A stretch of 64,000 bases of DNA from Stegostoma tigrinum (Eukaryota): assembly GCF_030684315.1 (NCBI RefSeq), contig NC_081373.1, positions 28,869,989-28,933,988 of the forward strand, given 5' to 3'. The translations under genes and the position numbers were made by a program. Below the pieces are notes generated by a model that did no database searches, was not told the DNA's origin, and saw nothing but the letters and a program-made list of their open reading frames with translations. This document shows, in pieces, positions 39,851 to 52,489 of the stretch (positions are counted from its first letter, which is position 1; each line of letters starts with the position of its first letter).

Positions 39851-40332
39851 ACCTCCTGATTCCCCAAAGCCTGTTCATCACCTACAAGGCATAAGCCAGG
39901 AGTGTTTTGGATAACTCTCTACTTGTCTGTGTGTTTCTGGCTCCAACAACATTCAAGAAACTTTACACCGTTCAGGACAAAGCAGCCTGCTTGATCAGCA
40001 TTCACCCACAGACTTAAATATTCAGGCCCGCCACTACCAATGCACAGTAGTGGCGGTGTCTATCATATAGAAGTTGCACTGCAATCACTCACCAATACTC
40101 CAATCACAGCCCCTTCCAAGCCAACAACCTATTGCATCCAGAAGAACAAGGGCAGTAGACACACAGAATACCATCACCCGCAAGTTCCCCTTCAATCCAC
40201 TCACCATTCTGAAATGCAATTATGAACAGAATCCTCCAAAGCCATGAACAATGTAGGCTAAGTTGTGAAATTTGACAGAATTATGTGAAATGTAAATTGA
40301 CGCTTTCTTGACCTTGAGACCGACAATTTGCT

Positions 40333-41122
40333 AAATGTGAGGTGCTGCATTTTGGAAAGGCAAATCAGCACAGGACTTATACACTTAATGGTGAGGTCCT
40401 GGGGAGTATTGCTGAACAATTAATGGAGTGCAGGTTCATTGTTCCTTGAAAGTGGAATCACAGCTAGTTAGGATAGTGAAGAAGGCGTTTGGTATGCTTG
40501 CATTTATTGGTCCATGCATTGAGTATAGGAGTTGGGAGGTCATAATATGCCTGTACAGGACATTGGTTAGGCCACTTTTGGAGTGCTGTGTGCAATCCTG
40601 CTATGGGAAGGATGTTGTGAAACTTCAATGCGTTCATAAAAGATTTACATTGATGTTGCCGTGGTTGGAAGGTTTGAGCTAAAGGGAGAGTCTGAATAGA
40701 CTGGGGCTATTTTCCCTCAAGTGTCAGAGGCTGAGGAGTGATCTTATAGAGATTTATAAAATCATGAGGAGTATGGAGAGGGTAAATAGAAAAAACCTTT
40801 TCCCCAGGGTGGGGCTGTCCAAAACTACCGGGCATAGGTTTAAATTGAGAGAGAAAAGATTTAAAAATGACCTAAGTGGTAACTTTTTCATGCAGAATGT
40901 GGTGCATATATGGAATGAGCTGCCAGAGGAGGTGGTGGAGGCTGGTACAATTACAACATGTAAAAGGCATCTGGATGGGAAAATGGATAGGAAGGGTTCA
41001 GAGGGATGTGGACCAAATGCTGGCAAATGAAATTAGATTTATCTAGGATATCTGGTTGTCATGGATGAATGGGACTGAAGGGCCTATTTCCATGTTGTGC
41101 ATTTTTACAACTATATGGCTCT
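40333..41122 (+). mobile_element. CR1 LINE 3' fragment
   Basis: ORFs 40428 (LYRTLVRPLLE.CVQ) and 40764 (GHRFK...FFMQNVVHIWNELP), plus 3' UTR. Confidence 0.9.
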
Positions 41123-41229
41123 AAGCAAAAGGAGATATCATTCAGGCAGGAGATCCTGGCACAATAAGTCAAGAGCTTAGGCATGATCTATTAGCTATGT
41201 ATCACAGGCAGAACCTCTCCTCGTAAAGG

Positions 41230-41600
41230 ATGAGGATCTAAATGTTGGACACCCCATCAACCATCTTGGCTCTTTCTGCCCTATTCTGCACTGTGTTACC
41301 TCTGAATGAGAGAATGGAATTGAAGTTGTTTTTGCTGGTGCAGGTCGTGGAAAGTTGGTGAGATGTCCCAAGTGAATATGTAGGCAGTACAGAGAATATG
41401 CAGAGTTGGTAGTATGGATGGATAGAGCTGGTTAGAGTGAGTGAGGGAAGATGTTGCATGTGTCAATCAGAGTGGTGAGGCATGAGCCTGCAGGTGGGTG
41501 CAGTGGTAGTGATAGAGTGTGTGTGAGTCAGCAGAGTGAAGATGGTGGCCCTTAGCCTGGAGACTGGTCATTGACCTTCTTCCTATATTGACTGTAAGGC
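41230..41600 (-). mobile_element. Harbinger-like Myb/SANT ORF remnant
   Basis: Minus strand near 41593-41567 reads SQYRKKVND (compare QCRKKVNDL). After an intron-like gap it reads QNRAERAKMVDGVSNI (compare HNR.ER.KTGGG.P). Confidence 0.45.
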
Positions 41601-42914
41601 CATAAGAAATAGGAACAAGAGTAAACTATTTGGTCCCGCGAGTCGGCTCTACCTTTCAATAAGATCATCGCTGATTGGACATTTCTCATATCCACTTTCA
41701 CTGTTGGGTGTTCCTCTGGGAGGCTGAGGCTGCACTGACCTGGATATTAACTTTGGAACAGGCTGATAGGCTCTGGTTTCATGGTCTCCTCTGCTGATTT
41801 TGGGGGAGACAGGATGTCCCATCTCTGCATCACCCTTTTCACCAGGATGCTTTTCCAAAGTTGGGCACTAATTTCCTCCTAACTGCCTGAATGGGGTAAA
41901 TGGCATGAACTGTGCTAGGAAGTGCAGGACTGACAGCGCTTAACTGGCTGCAAAATGGTGGCACAGCCACTAAGGCTGCCAGGATATACTGACAGTGGTG
42001 AATATTTCTATCTATGGTGTGTAGGTGAATCATGTTAGCATAGAATGAGATGGGCACCAGAGGGGCATGGTACCTGGTTAATGAGACAAGTTTGGGATGA
42101 TTGTGCAAGAAAACTTATTCGACCAGACAGAAAGAAACCATCCACGAAACTTGACGGAAGAAACAATCAGTGAAAATGCTGGAAAACTAATCCCTATATC
42201 AGTATTCCTTCATTATTGATTGGGTGGGATACAAGAGCTGCCTTCCTTACTGCATTTTAGGTCTACCCACAGTAGCTGGACTGTCACAGTTCAGAAGTGG
42301 CTCATCATCACCACAGCCCTTAACAAATCCCAATCCTGCCCCGATGATGTTCATATGCCATAAAAGAATAAGAAAAAGCTTGCTTGATTTTATATTCATG
42401 TATTAAGATAATGTGCTGATGGTATTCTATTAAAGGATAACACCACATCACATTGTAATAGAAAATGATTAATATTTTTATAATGAATAGTATTTTTAAT
42501 GCAGGAATCTCAATGTAAACAACAAAATAATTGATTAAGGGGAAGATATTCTAAGATATTTAATACTTTAATAGTTAATATTTTAATCATTTTCCTACAG
42601 CATTGGAAGGTTGACTCTTCTGAATAATGGAAAAGTGTATCCTGGGTTAAAAGATTGAATCAAATGATCATAAAGGCTAAATTTAACAGAAATTTTTTTG
42701 TTGTGCACCTTTGTTTGATGATATTTTAAGGATTAGCAACTGCCAGCTAGTGGAATGGAACTGGTTTCAAATAGAATTGAACTGAAAGCAACTTATCTTC
42801 AATTAGCATTATCCAGGTAGTTGCTCCTATGACAAATTTATGTAACTGGAAGGCAAAAATATTGCATTCAGCAGATATTGCACACTATTTCTGTCAGTAT
42901 ATTAAACTTAACAC

Positions 42915-43488
42915 CAGGGAGTTGATGCTAGACATGTTGGTTAGGTCACAGCTGGTTTATTGTGTGCGGTTCTCGAATCTACATTATAGGAGGGATGAGA
43001 TTGCACTGGAGAGGGTGCAGAGGAGGTTTACTAAAATGTTGCCTTGGCTGGAGAGTTTTATTAATAAAGAGAGATCGGATAGACTGGAGTGTTTTCCTTA
43101 GAGCAGAGGAAACTAAGAGGGGGCACGATTGAGATGTATAAAATTTTGAGGGGCATAAGCAGGGTAGACAGGAAGAAACTTTTCCCCCTTGGTGGTGGGC
43201 TTAATGACCAGTGGGTGGAGATTTAAGAAGAGGGGCAGGAGGGTTAGAAAGGATGTCACACATTTTTATTCATCCGGAGGGTAGTGGGAATCTGGAACTG
43301 ACTGCTTGTGAAGGTAGTCGAGGCAGAAACACCCATAACATATTTAGATATACATTTGCGATGTATAGGCATCAAGGCTACAGGCCGAGTGCTTGGAAAT
43401 GGGATTAGAATAATTAGTTGGTTGCTTTTGACAGTTTTGATGGCCAGTGGGCTTTTTTTTTCATGCAATAAACCTTTAGGACTATGAT
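42915..43488 (+). mobile_element. CR1 LINE 3' fragment
   Basis: LVRSQLVYCVRF...ALERVQRRFTKMLP followed by a decayed C-terminus and UTR. Confidence 0.85.
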
Positions 43489-44754
43489 CGACCTGCATGC
43501 AGACACCTAGCTGGACTTAATCTGACAATCTTGTCATTTGCCAAATGCTCCATAAATCATTCGGGATCAGCCTGGTATGATAACTGGCTAAACCTGATTA
43601 TGTGGTGGGCAGTTATTTACGGTGTCATCTGCTTGCTGCCTGATCATGTGTGGCGGATAGCTCTGACATTGGGAACCTCACATATTTCAATGGCTACGGA
43701 GGGGACTGTGCCAAATTTAAAGTGTGATCATTCTAGTATTGACATTGGAAATCATGTTGTAGGCTTTCAAAGAAAACTGTACAGTTTAAACCTCCAGCAT
43801 CTGAGCTTGTGTTACTCCAGCACTACAATCATTCCTCTACTGTCACACTAGATCTCCGGATAGCACAAAAAGGTTCAACTGAAGTGTGTGAGGGCACAGT
43901 TTAACCAATAGATTGCCCCACAGTTTAACATGGCTTGTCTGGCATCTCAGCATGGCCTGTCCCATTGTCCTCATGCAGGCTCTTTTTGCTGATACAGCAC
44001 ATCTTGCCTTGGTTGGTGTGCAGTGTCGTGCTAATCAGCAACTGCATCCCCTGCAGAGTCTGAGGACAAGAAGGACAGGGTGAATGATTCCCATGCTGCC
44101 ACTACCACTCCCTCTCCTTACAGGCAGCCTTCTGAATATTCCTTGTTAAGGGACTCAAATCTCTGCTGTCACTTTTAAGGATGAACCGCAGACCCGCCCC
44201 CTTCCCCCCACCACACACAGCCAACACCACCGCATCCACCTCTGTTTGTCTGTTGTGAAACTTTATTTCTGTGCTCTTATTTTCCCACCTGTAGCTCTGA
44301 CTCTGAGTGTCAACTCACCAGGTTTTAACACGGAATGTATTTCCAGATCAACCCAGTGCCCTGTGATTCAGTCTGCTGGAAGGCTGAGGGACACTCACAA
44401 TGAGTCAAAGACACCACATGCAAGCCATCAGTATTCACTGGGCAAGGTTTCTGAAGACATGTGAGACACAAAGGAGTTTCACTAAATTGGACAAGCAGAG
44501 ATGAATTGTGTCAAATTGCATCTAACTGACAGCAAGTGGCAAGTTAAACATATCTGTAACCTTCCCATTTTGTTGCCTTGCTCATTTACAGTTTACCAGC
44601 TGCTGGGAGTCTGATGTGTGATTCCTGTTCACTTCTCCATGGCCACTGCCACCTTATCAAATCCAAAGGGCTTCACAAAATCCAGTCTGTGATATAAATA
44701 TCTAGGAAAAAGAAAAAATAGAAGCAATATTTTTATCATTACAGCATAGATATT

Positions 44755-45280
44755 TAGGAAAGAAGGGCTACGTTCATGTAATGCCTTTCCCAACCTTAAC
44801 ACTTTACTGACAATGAAATCCTTTTGAACACTGTATCACTATTGCAGGAAGTACAGCCAAGAATTTGTACACAGTAACCTCCTACAAACATCAACAAAAC
44901 AAATGACCAGACCAGAGATAGTAAGAACTGCTGGTGCAGGAGTCAGAGATAACACAGTGTGGAGCTGGAGGAACACAGCAGGCCAGGCAGCATCAGAGGA
45001 GCAGGAAAGCTGTCATTTCAGGTCGGGACACTTCTACAGAATTTCTGAAGAAGGGTCCCGACCCAAAAAGACAGCTTTCCTGCTCCTCTGATGCTGCTTG
45101 GCCTGCTGTGTTCATCAGCTCCACACTGTGTTATATACGACCATACCATCTCTTTTAGGTGTTCACAGAAGGATAAACGTTGGGAGAAACTGCTGAAAAT
45201 CACAGATCAGCAAATTGAATCTTTTATGGTTACCTGGGAGGAGAGACATTACACCTCAGTTTAATATTTCATCTGAAAGC
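44755..45280 (-). mobile_element. Deu-domain SINE (SacSINE1/AmnSINE1-like), interrupted by a short PLE palindrome
   Basis: aatttgtacacagtaacctcctacaaaca...atgaccaga and tcttttat...cctcagtttaatatttcatctgaaag match the reverse complement of the DeuSINE body as I recall it. Confidence 0.65.
44915..45136 (-). mobile_element. Short palindromic PLE insertion (sister family of A)
   Basis: Tail gagatagtaagaactgctggtgcaggagtcag. Inverted arms at about 44949-45040 and 45042-45134 meet at two decayed hammerheads (CTGAAGAagggtcccgaccc). TSD gaccagacca 44905-44914 / gaccatacca 45139-45148. Confidence 0.85.
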
Positions 45281-45834
45281 AATAAAAATGATTTGGTGTC
45301 AAATCCATCAGCACCTTAGCAGAGATTAGAGATCACAATTAAAAAGAGAAATCTAATGAGCTGAAGCATTTTTCACTGTAGCTGTGAATATTAATAAATA
45401 GTCTGATAGTGATCTTCACAATTATGAAAGGTTATGATGATATCAATGCTCCTTGCTCTTCTTTGTAGATACTTTGGGCAAAAACAATGCACTGGGGAAT
45501 GCTGGGTACGTGAAAGCATCACTGTGGGTGGGTACAGGCCAGACACGTCAGTTTAAGAATTCTCTCACGTAAAGATCTTCCTTAGTAATAGGGATAGGAC
45601 TAGAGGTGCAATGGCAGGTCTGATGAACCAACATCTGTGGTCTAGTTGGCAAATTGAGAACTTTCTGACTGCTGTTTCTGAACAACAACCAAAGGTATGG
45701 GCTTGAGGATAAGTGGGAAAAGGCAAGATTGGCATTTTCCTTTCCTGGCCTTCATTATCTTGCTGACGGCAACCTGACCATTTGTCTGATCTTTAATGAG
45801 CATACAAAAAGCCAAACATCAATTGCTTTGACCA

Positions 45835-46062
45835 CAAAAACAGAAGTTGCTGGAAAAGCTTAGCAGATCTGGCACATCTGTGAAGAAAAAGATAAGAGTT
45901 AACGTTTCAGGTCCGATGAGTCTTCAGTTCTGAGGATGGGTCACCGGACCTGAAACGCTAACACTGATTTTTTTTTCACTGATGCTGCCAGACCTGCTGA
46001 GCTTTTCCAGCAACTTCTGTTTTGGTTTCTGATTTACAGCATCCGCAGTTCTTTTGGTTTTT
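45835..46062 (+). mobile_element. Short palindromic PLE insertion (family C)
   Basis: Arms caaaaacagaagttgctggaaaagc... and ...gcttttccagcaacttctgttttgg. Hammerhead CTGAGGAtgggtcaccggacctGAAAcgcta at 45930-45960. Tail of about 37 nt. TSD atcaattgctttgacca 45818-45834 / atcaatttctttgagca 46063-46079. Confidence 0.87.
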
Positions 46063-46349
46063 ATCAATTTCTTTGAGCATCCTTGAAAATGGGTGCTTTC
46101 TGACCTTCAAGACTGAAGGGATTAAATATCCTATTTTACATTATTTCCATGGTTTCTGAAGTCTTGCACTACTTAAGTGGGTTTCCAAAGTGTGTTGGAG
46201 AGGAATATCGGGCTGACAGTTTTAGATTTAAACTTCATTGTCACATGTACTCAAGCATAAAAGTACAGGAGTACAGTGAAAAGTTTTCAACCTCATTTCA
46301 CATGGCACCATTGTAATGAATGATAAGTACTGATAGATCACAGCAATTG

Positions 46350-46635
46350 GTGAGTGTAACAAGAAGGTGTGAATTTGAGATAATCGTAAAAGAATTTAGG
46401 AGAGATTCGGAAATATTTTTCATGTAGGGAATAATCCTTTGGAATTCTCTCCCACAACCTGTTGTTGAAACACTTTAAAGTTAATTTTGAGTGATTAAAC
46501 AGTTGTTTCAAAACCTGAATGTTAAAGGATATGGGAATTAACCAGGAATTGAATGTAGGTCATGTAGTTAAAAAATACTTTTACAGACTTGATGAGGTAA
46601 ATAGTGTGTTTCTATGCTGTGATGTGCTATGAACT
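46350..46635 (+). mobile_element. Very old CR1 3' fragment
   Basis: Decayed ttggaattctctcccaca (WNSLP) and CR1-like UTR and tail tgtgctatga. Confidence 0.5.
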
Positions 46636-48259
46636 CATGATAGAGTTTTTTTATTGTGCTATTTTACAATGACATGATTTCATTTACAGCGTAGCTTCCA
46701 TCAAATTTGAAATGCAAGAAAGAATGCACACGTAGATTTAGGACAGATTTAAAAAATACTTCCTCAATTGACATGTTGTACATTATGGCTAAACTGTGTC
46801 ATATGCAGTTGTTTTACTCAAGTATGAAACCTACTTCTCAGTACAGTGAGAAAAGTTTCAATATTAATTTTGTGAGGGCATTCATATTAGCTAGAACTTG
46901 TGCAGCAGTGTTTTGCAATGATTTGAAATAAAACACACAGATATTTGGCCCAGTGAATTTGTTATAATCTGCTTTGGAGGTTAACACAGATTACATCATA
47001 TTTCATGAGAAACAGCTGCACCTCTAACATTTAGTTACAGTTTTGATTAATTTACATTTATTCTTAATGGGAACTTTGAATGCTGCCTCATTGCTTTATC
47101 AAAAATAAGGGGCACTGTTGGGAAAATTGTGTTCAGACTGCCTGAGCATCTAATTAGGGACAGCTCAATTGTTCATTCAATATGTTTGTCTCCTGCCTGC
47201 CCATTCTGAACAATAATGCATCAGTATCTTGGCACTATATTCTCTGTTCAGGTCATCATTACTCTTACAATATATTATTATTGATAGCTTTCCCCTTAAG
47301 CCTGTCTCTTTATTAGTAGATTGTGACAGATGAAGGCTACCCCTTGCAATGTTTTATGGCATTTTCCAGCAATAATGCCAGGAGCATTCTAACCGCTGGT
47401 GTTGCATATTTATTGATCGCCATATTCCCCAATAATCTGATGTGTGTCACATTTGACAACATTATGAGGAGAGGTCAGCTATAAGGGGCTAATGAAACTG
47501 CTACAAAGATGGATGTTGTTTTGTACAGCATTAACCTTGCAAATAGCTGTCAGTAACATGCTTCAGTAAGGCCATTCTGCTTGAGCTGCCCCAACTCTGT
47601 CAATGTTGACATTAACATTAAAAAGAACCTGAAGCCATTTAATTCAGGATTCATCTACAATAAAAATGTGGTCTATATGGCATCATTCCAAACCAAAATC
47701 TTATTAACTGCATATATTGCTTGTGGCAAAATATGAGAAATTTCAAAATTGCTTTGGCCATCCTAAATATATAAAGGTTTTGGTAATGATGATGTAAAGT
47801 TGAATGCGAAATAGCTGAATTTTGAAGTATTAGGGTATGGAAGGATTGCTGCTTGGTTACTTCTCTTATTGTTATTTAATAATTTAAAAATATTACATTA
47901 TGCCACATTGGGTACACCTGCCCTTGAGTGCATTATCGCAAGTAAAAAGGTTGTGCTTTCACATCTCAAGGCATTGAACCACTCAAAACAACCTGATTCA
48001 GTTGAGTGAGCTTTGTCAGTATGTGGGCTGACCAGTAGATGGAGCAATATTTAAAAATACTTTCTTTAATGTTGGGTGCAAAACTAGTGGTTTGGAAATT
48101 CATCCTCCTAAATAAAACTGACTGAAGTTATTCTGCGAAATACTGTGGGCCAATATTTTCTCTCCTCTGCAAAGCTTTTGTGAAATAAAATAAGTACTGA
48201 TATAAATACATGACCAAGGCTTTGAGGAATATGTCCAAATATCAGAAATCAAATGAGCT

Positions 48260-48511
48260 GGGGTGGCATGGTGCCTCACTGGTTAGCACTACTACTGTGC
48301 AGTGGTCAGGAATCTGGGTTTGAATCCCTTGGATGACTGTCTGTGTAGAGTTTACACATTCTCCCTGTGTGGGTTTCCTTCAACAATCGAAAAATTTGTG
48401 GATTAGCCATGGGAATTTTAGAGTGGGGTGGGTCTGATGAGATGCTCTTTGGAGGGTTGGTGTGGGCTTGATGAGCTTATTGGCCCTGCTTCCACACTGT
48501 AGGGATTCTAT
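48260..48511 (+). mobile_element. HE1-type SINE
   Basis: gggtggcatggtgcctcactggttagcact head, gagtttacacattctccctgtg body, ccacactgtagggattcta tail. Confidence 0.85.
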
Positions 48512-49473
48512 TCCTGTATTCTTACTTGATAATAAGTCCTACCTATGATGCCATGGGCTGATAATATTTGAGTTTGAACATATCAAAGTTTATTCACCTA
48601 TGAGTTTTAATCACAGTTGTACTTTCAGGTGAAGGCTATAAACAGATTTCAAGCAGTCCCATCAGAAATATGAAGGGCAAAATATCATATTTTACATATT
48701 TTCCTAGGAAGTGCTGATCAAAATTGGCCTTTGGTGAATTGATATTGGGTGGATTTTGGTGCTGGATGAGGAATGAATTATGAAACATGCAAAGGGGTGA
48801 GGGAAAGGAAACAAATTAAAAGCAGGTTGTGGATGAATAAATAAAGTTTCAAATATGTACAGACTTTCTAAATTGAAGGAATAAAGATACACCTCAGATG
48901 ATTAAATTATTAACAGACTTCCAGGTAGCACATTGTTCTAGTAAATCAAAACTCAAAAGTAAAATGGAAGAACCTCACTCATTTTAGAGAGAACAAATCA
49001 TGAATACAGACTGAGGAATGGGTAATAAGTTCATAATATTGAGATTAATAAAATAAAGCACTTTGCCTTCCAATATTTTTATACATCATGGATATGATCC
49101 TGTGATTAATAAGGCTGAATAAATAGGTACACACAGGCCAAGTAATGTCATTCCTTCGACAGTGTCTTTTTCTAAATTATTTTTTAAACACTGTAAAGTA
49201 ATGCAAATATTTTCCCTTTTATTCCTCTTTTGTATTTATGATTTGTGCCGAGACACTTGTATCCAAGATGGCACTGTAAGACGTGAAATTGTAAAATTAT
49301 TCATTGTACTCTTGCACTTCTGTACTGGAGTGCAAGTGGCAATAAAGGATATTCTGTTCTATTCTAAGTTACATTCTACTTTCATACAAAGACAGCATTG
49401 AAGATCACAAATAATCTTCGTGCGTCTGCTGTGACACCTTCAGTGGAATACCCATTTTATTAGGTAACTAGAA

Positions 49474-49675
49474 TTTCTAACCAATATGTGTTGAAATTAC
49501 AGTAGTAAAGAAGGGGAAATTATAATATCCAAACTCTGTGTGACTGTTGGTACGACTTAGTTATAAAATATTTTTCTGACCAACATTAGTTGAAATTACA
49601 GTGGTAAAGGAGGGGAAACCATAATAATATCTATTATCTATGTGATTGTTGGTATGATTTAGCTATCAAATATTT
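49474..49675. repeat. Two-copy diverged tandem duplication, period about 99 bp
   Basis: gttgaaattacagt(a/g)gtaaag(a/g)aggggaaa...gttggta(c/t)ga(c/t)ttag...aaatattt occurs twice, starting at 49474 and 49573. Confidence 0.85.
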
Positions 49676-49805
49676 GCGTCTGGTGAAGTTGAGTTACTTT
49701 AATATCCAGGATTCCTATTAAGAGATATTTTGGATGCCAATCTGATTCTGATTCTGTCCTTCTATGTTTTTTATCCACCAGCACACGTGGTTCTGTCTTG
49801 TCATG

Positions 49806-52475
49806 ATAACAAAGTTTGAAGCTGGATGAACACAGCAGGCCAAGCAGCATCTCAACAGCACAAAAGCTGATGTTTTGGGCCCAGACCCTTCATCAGAGAG
49901 GGCAAGGGGGAGAGGGTTCTGGAATAAATAGGGAGAGGGGGGAGGCGGACCGAAGATGGAGAGAAAAGAAGGTAGGTGGAGAGTAGAGTATAGGTGAGGA
50001 GGTAGGGAGGGGATAGGTCAGTCCAGGGAAGGCGGACAGGTCAAGGAGGCGGGATGAGGTAGTAGGTAGGAAATGGAGGTGCGGCTTGAGGTGGGAGGAA
50101 GGGATGGGTGAGAGGAAGAACAGGTTAGGGAAGTGGAGACAGGCTGGGCTGGTTTTGGGATGCAGTGGCGGGAGGGGACGAGCTGGGCTGGTTGTGTGAT
50201 GCAGTGGGGGAGAGGGGAAGAACTGGGCTGATTTTGGAATGCAGTGGGGGAAAGGAAGATTTTGAAGCTGGTGAAGTCCACATTGATACCATTGGGCTGC
50301 AGGGTTCCCAAGCAGAATATGAGTTGCTGTTCCTGCAACCTTCGGGTGGCATCATTGTGGCACTGCAGGAGGCCCATGATGGACATGTCGTCTGAGGAAT
50401 GGGATGGGAGTTAAAATGGTTTGCGACTGGGAGGTGCAGTTGTTTATTGCAAACCGAGCGGAGGTGTTCTGCAAAGCGGTCCCCACTTGGTTTCCCCAAT
50501 GTAGAGGAAGCCACACCGGGTACAATGGATACAGTATACCACATTGGCAGATGTGCAGGTGAACATGTGCTTAATACAGAAAGCCATCTTGGGGCCTGGG
50601 ATGGGGGTGAGGTAGGAGGTGTGGGGGCAAGTGTAGCGCTTCCTGCGGTTGTAGGAGAAGGTGCCGGGTGTGGTGGGGTTGGAGGGAAGCGTGGAACAGA
50701 CAAGGGAGTCACAGAGAGCGTGGTCTCTCCGGAAAGCAGACAAGGGTGGGGTTGGAAAAATGTCTTGGGTTGTGGGGTCGGATTGTAAATGGCGGAAGTG
50801 TCGGAGGATGATGCGTTGTATCCGGAGGTTGGTAGGGTGGTATGTGAGAACGAGGGGGATCGTCTTGGAGCGGTTGTGGCGGGAGCGGGGTGTGAGGGAT
50901 GTGTTGCGGGAAATGCGAAAGACGCGGTCAAGGGCGTTTTCGACCACTGTGGGAGGAATGTGGCAGTCCTTGAAGAACATGGACATCTGGGATGTGCGGG
51001 AGTGGAATGCCTCATCCTGGGAGCAGATGCGGCGGAGGCGGAGGAATTGGGAATAGGGGATGGAATTTTTGCAGGAGGGTGGGTGGGAGGAGGTGTATTC
51101 AAGGTAGCTGTGGGAGTCGGTGGGTTTGAAATGGACATCAGTTACAAGCTGGTTGCCTGAGATGGAGACTGAGAGGTCCAAGAAGGTGAGGGATGTGTTG
51201 GAGATGGTATAAGTGAACTTGAGGTTGGGGTGGAAGGTGTTGGTGAAGTGGATGAACTGTTCGAGCTCCTCTGGGGAGCAAGAGGCGGCGCCGATACAGT
51301 CATCAATGTACCGGAGGAAGAGTTGGGGTTTGTGGCCTGTGTAGGTGCGGAAGAGGGACTGTTCCACGTAACCTACAAAGAGGCAGGCATAGCTTGGGCC
51401 CATGCAGGTACACATGGCCACCCGCTTTGTCTGTAGGAAGTGGGAGGAATCGAAAGAGAAGTTGTTGAGGGTGAGGACAAATTCGGCTAGGCGGATGAGG
51501 GTGTTGGTGGAGGGGGATTGGTCGGGCCTGTGGAACAGGAAGAAGCAAAGGGCCTTGAGGCCATCTGCATGAGGAATACAGGTGTATAGGGACTGGACGT
51601 CCATGGTGAAAATGAGGTGTTGGGGACCAGGGAGTTGGAAGTTCTGGAGGAGGTGGAGGGCATGGGTGGTGTCACGGATGTAGGTAGGGTGCTCCTGGAC
51701 CAAAGGGGAGAAAATGGAATCCAGATAGGTGGAGATGAGTTCAGTGAGGCAGGAACAAGCTGAGACAATGGGTGGACCAGGGCAGGCAGGTTTGTGGATT
51801 TTGGGAAGGAGATAGAAATGGGCCGGGTGGGGTTGGGGAACAATGAGGTTGGAGGCTGTGGGTGGGAGGTCCCCTGAGGTGATGAGGTCATGGATGGTGT
51901 TGGAGATGATGGTTTGGTGCTCGGGGGTGGGGTCACGATCAAGGGGGTGGTAGGAGGTAGTGTCGGAGAGTTGGCATTGGGTCTCGGCAATGTAGAGGTC
52001 AGTGCGCCATACCACCACTGCGCTACCCTTGTCTGCGGGTTTGATGGTGAGGTTGAGGTTGGAATGGAAGGAGCGGAGGGCTGCCCGTTCTGCGGGGGGA
52101 GAGGTCGGAGTGGGTGAGAGGGGTGGAGAGGTTGAGGTGGTTGATGACTCGACGGCAGTTGGAGATGAAGAGGTCAAGGGAGGGAAGGAGGTCTGGGGGT
52201 GGTGTCCAGGAAGAGGACTTGTGTTGGAGGTGAGTGAAGGGGTCAGTGGAGGGAGAGTTAGGCTCCCGGTTAAAGAGTAAGTGTGGAGGCGAAGGTGGCG
52301 GAAAAACTGCTCGATGTCCAAACGTGACTGGTATTCGTTGATGTGTGGGTGGAGGGGGCAAACCTGTGCCCCTTGCTTTGGACTGACCATTCGTCCTCAG
52401 TCAGTGGGAGGTCTGGGGGGATGGTGAAGATTCGTCAGGGCTCAGTGTGGCTGTCTTCTCTGGGGTTGCTACATC
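49806..52475 (-). mobile_element. Neptune-like PLE, family A, 2.67 kb, 5'-truncated, tail-less 3' end
   Basis: Contains most of the RT plus GIY-YIG and a decayed hammerhead at 49869-49896. Perfect 14-bp TSD tctgtcttgtcatg at 49792-49805 and 52476-52489. Confidence 0.95.
50444..52390 (-). pseudogene. PLE reverse transcriptase/GIY-YIG ORF (648 aa open, frame-disturbed at both ends)
   Basis: PLE signatures IKPADKG, FYLLPKIHK, MDVQSLYTCIP, MGPSYA, LRYIDD, LTFLDL and NVVYCIHCTRC.FLYIGETK. Relative to the 33950 copy, a deletion after YIGETK shifts the frame. Confidence 0.92.
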
Positions 52476-52489
52476 TCTGTCTTGTCATG

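Larger units (their letters stand above)
37770..40225 (+). mobile_element. Old L2/CR1-group LINE in two pieces (37770-38168 and 39850-40225) flanking nested insertions
   Basis: Decayed KLFQ..Y..GIYPTM and HKK..KSN.ANY.P motifs in the first piece, which ends near cgcatcaagga (HQG). The LINE resumes at ccccaaagcctg...cacctacaaggc. Confidence 0.7.

Noticed and set aside
49474-49675. CRISPR-like or functional repeat array
   Set aside because: Only two diverged 99-bp copies without spacers, in a vertebrate genome; an ordinary tandem duplication.
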